A DNA stretch of 64,000 nucleotides from an uncultured Acidobacteriota bacterium. GTDB lineage: Bacteria; Acidobacteriota; Vicinamibacteria; Vicinamibacterales; 2-12-FULL-66-21. The notes beneath the pieces are model-generated. The model was not told the origin of the DNA and searched no databases. It worked only from the letters and a program-made list of their open reading frames with translations. Made by a program: the position numbers and the translations under genes. Every line of letters begins with the position of its first letter. Within the stretch, counting starts at the first letter, position 1. This document shows, in pieces, positions 59,691-64,000 of the stretch. Where the stretch lies: positions 453,950 through 517,949 of the forward strand of contig CAWIWL010000013.1 in the NCBI GenBank assembly GCA_963839705.1. Reading direction: 5' to 3'.

Positions 59691-60770
59691 TCACCCGATC
59701 ACACGAAACTCGCCCGCCACGCCTGTCGCGTGGGGCGCAGGAGATTCGGCGCCAACCCAATGGAAGCGGGCATCGAGCTGCTCGGCGTCGACGAGCCGCT
59801 CGAGTTGTCTGAGGCGCGTGAACGTGGGCGCGTTGAAGGTCTGGGCCGACAATCCGATCCGCTCAAAGATGTGCCTGAGCTCATCCGCGCCCATACTTGC
59901 GGTGCGGCGACACTGGAATCCGGGCAGCGTCGTCGCAATCTTGTCGAAATTGACGCGGTAACTCCTCGTGTCGCCGTTCGGTGGTCCGACCACCAACGCA
60001 CAGCCGGGAAAGGTCCGCGCCACGATTTCCGCAACTTCGATCACGCGATAGTTCTCGTCGTTGTGTCCGACATTGAATATCTGGTTGTGGACGGCTCGGC
60101 GCGGCGCGTCAAGAGTGCTGGCAATCGCTTCGCAGATGTCGAGGATGTGGACAAGCGGGCGCCAGGCACTCCCATCGCTGTTTAGCACGATCCGGCCTTC
60201 AGTCCAAGCACAGCCGGCAAGGTTGTTCAGGACGATGTCGAAGCGCATCGAAGGACTCGGTCCGTAAGCGGTCGCGTTCCGAAGGAACGTGGGGGAGAAA
60301 TCCGCGTCCGCCATCTCGGAGAGACTCCGTTCGACAAGCACCTTGCAGCGTGCGTAGGCGGTCTGGGGATCGACGGCGGACTCCTCCGTTCGAGCCCCGT
60401 CCACGCCTGCTCCATACACGCTGCAGGAGGACGTATACACGAATCGAGATACGCGAGCGGCCTTGCACAGTCGAGCTAGCGCAACCGTGCCGAGGTGATT
60501 AATCTCATAGGTCACGTCCGGTCGAAACTGCCCTGCGGGATCGTTCGACAACTCGGCCAGATGCACGACCGCATCGCAACCGGCCACGTCACTTGCGGTC
60601 ATTCTGCGGATGTCCTTCCTGAGCACCCGTGTGCTGTGGGGGTCCGCGTAGAGCGTCTGATCGCTGTAGTAGCCGGTATCGAGCCCAGTGATGCCGTGGC
60701 CACGCGCCTGGAGCACGTTGACGAGCCTGCGCCCGATATACCCTTCCATGCCGGTAACGAGCACCTGCAT
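59691..60770 (-). CDS. NAD-dependent epimerase/dehydratase (extended SDR)
   Basis: MQVLVTGMEGYIGRRLVNVLQARGHGITGLDTGYY...VVHLAELSNDPAGQ...FVYTSSCSVYG...YARCK. Confidence 0.93.
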   Translation of the reverse strand: MQVLVTGMEGYIGRRLVNVLQARGHGITGLDTGYYSDQTLYADPHSTRVLRKDIRRMTASDVAGCDAVVHLAELSNDPAGQFRPDVTYEINHLGTVALARLCKAARVSRFVYTSSCSVYGAGVDGARTEESAVDPQTAYARCKVLVERSLSEMADADFSPTFLRNATAYGPSPSMRFDIVLNNLAGCAWTEGRIVLNSDGSAWRPLVHILDICEAIASTLDAPRRAVHNQIFNVGHNDENYRVIEVAEIVARTFPGCALVVGPPNGDTRSYRVNFDKIATTLPGFQCRRTASMGADELRHIFERIGLSAQTFNAPTFTRLRQLERLVDAEQLDARFHWVGAESPAPHATGVAGEFRVIG

Positions 60771-60772
60771 CG

Positions 60773-61576
60773 TCAGACCCTGGATTCACAGGCAGTGCGA
60801 TCGCCGCTCCAGACGTTCCACGGCGCTCGGCCCGACGCCCACAGGGCTTCGAGCATCTGCTTTTCTCTCAACGTGTCCATGCACGACCAAAAGCCGTAGT
60901 GGCGGTAGCCCATGAGCTCGCCGTCCCGGACAAGCCTCTCGATCGGCTCGCGCTCCCAGGCCGTACTGTCTGAATCGATGTAGTCGAGGGCTTTCGTGTT
61001 GAGCACGAAATAGCCGCCACTGATCCAGCCTTCGCTGAGTTCTGGCTTTTCGTAGAACTCCCGCACCTGATTCCCCTCGAATCCGATACGTCCGAATCGC
61101 GCGGGGGTGCGAACGGTGGTCACGCTCGCAAGTCTGCCGTGGGAGTGATGGAACTCGAGCAGCTGTCGAATGTCGATGTCGCCAACACCGTCTCCGTACG
61201 TGAGGAAGAACGTCTCGTCGTTGGCGAGCCATTGGCGGAGACGCTTCAGGCGGCCACCGGTCTCAGTCGTGAGCCCGGTATCGACCAGGTGCACTCGCCA
61301 TGCCGGGTGCTGTCCATCGTGGACCGTCGTTTGGCCAGTACCCAGATCGATCGAAAGGTCGTTGTTAATCGCATAAAAGTTCAGGAAGTACTTCTTGATC
61401 ATCTCGCCCTTGTAACCGAGAGCGATGATGAACTCGGTAATCCCATTGGCGGCGTAGATGTTCATGATGTGCCAGAGCATCGGTCGGCCGCCGACTTCGA
61501 CCATTGGTTTCGGTCGAAACGCCGTTTCCTCCGCCAGTCGTGACCCGAGTCCGCCGGCCAGAATGACCACTTTCAT
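60773..61576 (-). CDS. rfbF: Glucose-1-phosphate cytidylyltransferase
   Basis: MKVVILAGGLGSRLAEETAFRPKPMVEVGGRPMLWHIMNIYAANGITEFIIALGYKGEMIKKYFLNF...YGDGVGDIDI...WEREPIERLVRDGELMGYRHYGFWSCMDTLREK. Confidence 0.96.
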   Translation of the reverse strand: MKVVILAGGLGSRLAEETAFRPKPMVEVGGRPMLWHIMNIYAANGITEFIIALGYKGEMIKKYFLNFYAINNDLSIDLGTGQTTVHDGQHPAWRVHLVDTGLTTETGGRLKRLRQWLANDETFFLTYGDGVGDIDIRQLLEFHHSHGRLASVTTVRTPARFGRIGFEGNQVREFYEKPELSEGWISGGYFVLNTKALDYIDSDSTAWEREPIERLVRDGELMGYRHYGFWSCMDTLREKQMLEALWASGRAPWNVWSGDRTACESRV

Positions 61577-62119
61577 ACGAGAGCGTCCCCCCTTTTGGCG
61601 TGCCGCAGCCCCCTCGACCGGACCATGGGCGTCCACGGCCCTTCAGCAAATCGCTGACCATGTTGTCGAGCGAGGTCACCTCCCAAATACGCTGGAAAGG
61701 GGAACTGATCCGTCGAGCGCTTTTTCCATGCTGTGGCGCCCGCTCCACAAAGTCACACTTTCGACGAGACTAAATGGCAAACTCCTGGGCCCACGGTAAA
61801 GACGCGTGGCCAGGCGCGTTTCCACGCGAGCCCCTAACCTCATCAATTGGACGGGCCGACGCCGGACCAAGCTCTTCAGTAGTTCAAGACTCCAGCCCGG
61901 CCGACGCAATGCTTCATGAGGAGTCTTGCATTCCGCTGGCGGGGAGTGATTCCACCGGCAACGAGAACCGCGAGATTCTCCGGTCGTGCAAGGGTGGCAC
62001 GAGATTGGCTCAGGGATACTTGACGTTGCCCGCTGGACCGCCACCTCGAAGCACGGCCGGAGCGTGCGAAGGGTCAACCGGCCAGTGCGGTCTACATCCA
62101 CGTATACGGAGGATATTCG

Positions 62120-63397
62120 GTGAGCCAAGCGGCGGTGACATTCGACTGCGTGTGGAAGAGGTTTCGCCGGGGCGAGCGTCACGACAGCCTGCGAGACCTC
62201 GTGCCGGCTCTGGCCAGGCGTGTCTTCCGACGTGGCGTCCGATCAGAACTCGCCGACGAGGAATTCTGGGCGGTTCGCGACGTCTCCTTCCACGTCGGCG
62301 CCGGCGAGGCCTTCGGGATAATCGGCCCCAACGGCGCTGGTAAGTCAACCATCCTGAAGCTGCTCACGAAGATCCTCAAGCCAACCCGCGGCCAGTGCCC
62401 GGTCCGCGGCCGGGTCGCGGCCTTGATTGAAGTGGCGGCCGGGTTTCACCCCGATCTCACCGGGCGTGAGAACGTCTATCTTCAGGGCGCGGTGATGGGT
62501 ATGAAACGCGATGAGATTGCGCGGAGGCTTGACGAGATCGTTGATTTCGCCGAAGTGGACGAATTCATCGATACGCCCGTCAAGCGATACAGTTCGGGGA
62601 TGAACGCACGACTCGGATTCTCGATCGCCGCGCATCTGGACCCCGACGTGCTGATCATCGACGAAGTGCTCTCGGTCGGCGATCAGGGGTTTCAGCAAAA
62701 ATGCCAGGCGCGGATGGAGCACTTCCGAGATCGAGGCGTGGCCATCGTATTTGTCTCGCATCAACTGCCTGCCGTTCTGCAGTTGTGCCGTAATGCGCTG
62801 CTGCTGGATCACGGCCGCACTGCGGCGGTTGGCTCGAGCGCCGAAGTCGTCGCTCACTATTGCGCACAGTCCGTCGCGCACGGCGACGGCGCCGCGGCTT
62901 CAGTGATTGCCCGGGTGAGGGGCGGCGACGAGAATGGCGCCCCCGACGGAGTATTGCCGCTCACACCCGGCGCAAGAGTCAGAGTGGATGTCGAGGTGCA
63001 GTTCCGTGCCCACGTGGCCGCCGCGGTAGTGGGCCTCGTCGTTTGGGAGTCGGCCGGGAACCTCGCTGTCTATGCCTCGAGCTCAGACCGGCTCGGTATT
63101 CGACCATTTCGAGCCAAACCTGGCGACTCCGTGTCATTGGAATTCTCGTTCATCGCCAATCTCACCCGCGGGCTCTATGCCATCGAGGTGGACGTGTTCG
63201 ACTTGCAACGCCAGACGCAACTGGCGGTGATGAGGCGCAAGCCGTTCAGCATCACCGAAGGGATCTCTCAATTCGGTCTGGCGAATCTCTATCCTTCGTG
63301 TCGCGAGGTCGGCGGTGGCGTGGACGGTTCCGACCTGGACAACGCCCGAACCGCACGCGTAGATGAGGTCGCCGCTGTCGCTCGGTTTGAACGGTGA
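62120..63397 (+). CDS. Polysaccharide/O-antigen ABC exporter ATP-binding protein with C-terminal Wzt-like domain (GTG start)
   Basis: FGIIGPNGAGKSTILKLLTKILKPTRG (Walker A), YSSGMNARLGFSIAAHLDPDVLIIDEVLSVGD; C-terminal beta-rich extension. Confidence 0.95.
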   Translation: MSQAAVTFDCVWKRFRRGERHDSLRDLVPALARRVFRRGVRSELADEEFWAVRDVSFHVGAGEAFGIIGPNGAGKSTILKLLTKILKPTRGQCPVRGRVAALIEVAAGFHPDLTGRENVYLQGAVMGMKRDEIARRLDEIVDFAEVDEFIDTPVKRYSSGMNARLGFSIAAHLDPDVLIIDEVLSVGDQGFQQKCQARMEHFRDRGVAIVFVSHQLPAVLQLCRNALLLDHGRTAAVGSSAEVVAHYCAQSVAHGDGAAASVIARVRGGDENGAPDGVLPLTPGARVRVDVEVQFRAHVAAAVVGLVVWESAGNLAVYASSSDRLGIRPFRAKPGDSVSLEFSFIANLTRGLYAIEVDVFDLQRQTQLAVMRRKPFSITEGISQFGLANLYPSCREVGGGVDGSDLDNARTARVDEVAAVARFER

Positions 63398-64000
63398 TGG
63401 AATCAAGATTTGCCCGCTTACGGCGCCACGTGTCGGAGATGATGCTCGAGCAGGTGGAGTACCGCGAGCTGCTGTGGCAGATGACTGTTCGGGATCTCCT
63501 TCTTCGTTACAAGCAAACAGTCATGGGATACGGCTGGGCGATCTTCACGCCAGTGGTCAATACCGTGATTTTCACGGTCATCTTCACGCGAGTGGCGCCA
63601 ATCGCGACGGAAGGACCGTACCCACTTTACGCCTACTGCGGCTTGCTGCCGTGGAGCTTTTTTGCCTCCTCACTGAAGTTTGCCGCGAGCTCGCTGACCG
63701 CGAACACCAATCTCGTGACGAAAGTGTACTTCCCGCGGGAGAGCCTCGCGTTCTCCGCGGTGCTGGTGTCGTTTGTCGACTTCCTCGTCGCCTCGACCGT
63801 GCTCGTCGGCATGATGATCTACTTTCAGGTTGACGTTTCTGCCTCCGTTCTGTTCCTGCCGATTCTGCTCCTGATCCAGATTGCGTTCACGGCCGGGCTC
63901 GCGCTCATCTTGGCGATGGCCAATCTGTACTACAGAGATGTGAAGTATATTTTTGAAATCGTGGTGACGTTCTGGATGTTCGCAACTCCGGTCCTCTATC
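63397..64000 (+). CDS. ABC-2 type polysaccharide export permease (Wzm-like), runs off window end
   Basis: Absent from the ORF track because it is open at the window edge; manual translation MESRFARLRRHVSEMMLEQVEYRELLWQMTVRDLLLRYKQTVMGYGWAIFTPVVNTVIFTVIFTRVA...YPLYAYCGLLPWSFFASSLKFAASSLTANTNLVTKVYFPRESL. ATG overlaps the preceding stop (TGATG). Confidence 0.94.
   Translation, partial: MESRFARLRRHVSEMMLEQVEYRELLWQMTVRDLLLRYKQTVMGYGWAIFTPVVNTVIFTVIFTRVAPIATEGPYPLYAYCGLLPWSFFASSLKFAASSLTANTNLVTKVYFPRESLAFSAVLVSFVDFLVASTVLVGMMIYFQVDVSASVLFLPILLLIQIAFTAGLALILAMANLYYRDVKYIFEIVVTFWMFATPVLY

Overview
High-GC window of a chromosome whose gene content resembles soil Acidobacteria (Vicinamibacteria-like): ADOP/MacB-type permeases with a PadR regulator, an Oar-like TonB-dependent receptor, an acidobacterial VWA-domain protein, and many secreted hydrolases. 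It encodes roughly 38 genes: DUF3857/transglutaminase protein, PLP aminotransferase, GNAT, M42-like tandem-domain peptidase, serine hydrolase, DMT transporter, LLM oxidoreductase, ENPP-like phosphodiesterase, PQQ-type sugar dehydrogenase, DEAD-box helicase, Lhr-like helicase, APC permease, two BON proteins, ArgG, TonB receptor, M20 peptidase, metallophosphoesterase, ArfB, HupE/UreJ, paired NHL-propeller proteins, tyrosinase, a HEAT-SCO fusion, an MDR dehydrogenase, an IS91-type element with a partner tyrosine recombinase, and the edge of a surface-polysaccharide locus (RfbF, SDR, FAD enzyme, SGNH membrane protein, Wzt/Wzm-like exporter). The points most worth a second look are: (1) a copper-centred neighbourhood in which a tyrosinase is followed after about 40 bp by a HEAT-repeat/SCO1-like fusion, with two CC-motif NHL propeller paralogs upstream; (2) an M42-like protein with a degenerate N-terminal copy of its catalytic domain; (3) several families of intergenic palindromes and tandem repeats; (4) at least eight single-nucleotide frameshifts in otherwise well-conserved genes, which suggests assembly indels; (5) a small ORF bracketed by matching 18-24 nt palindromes. 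All calls come from reading the sequence and recognising motifs. No database search was run.
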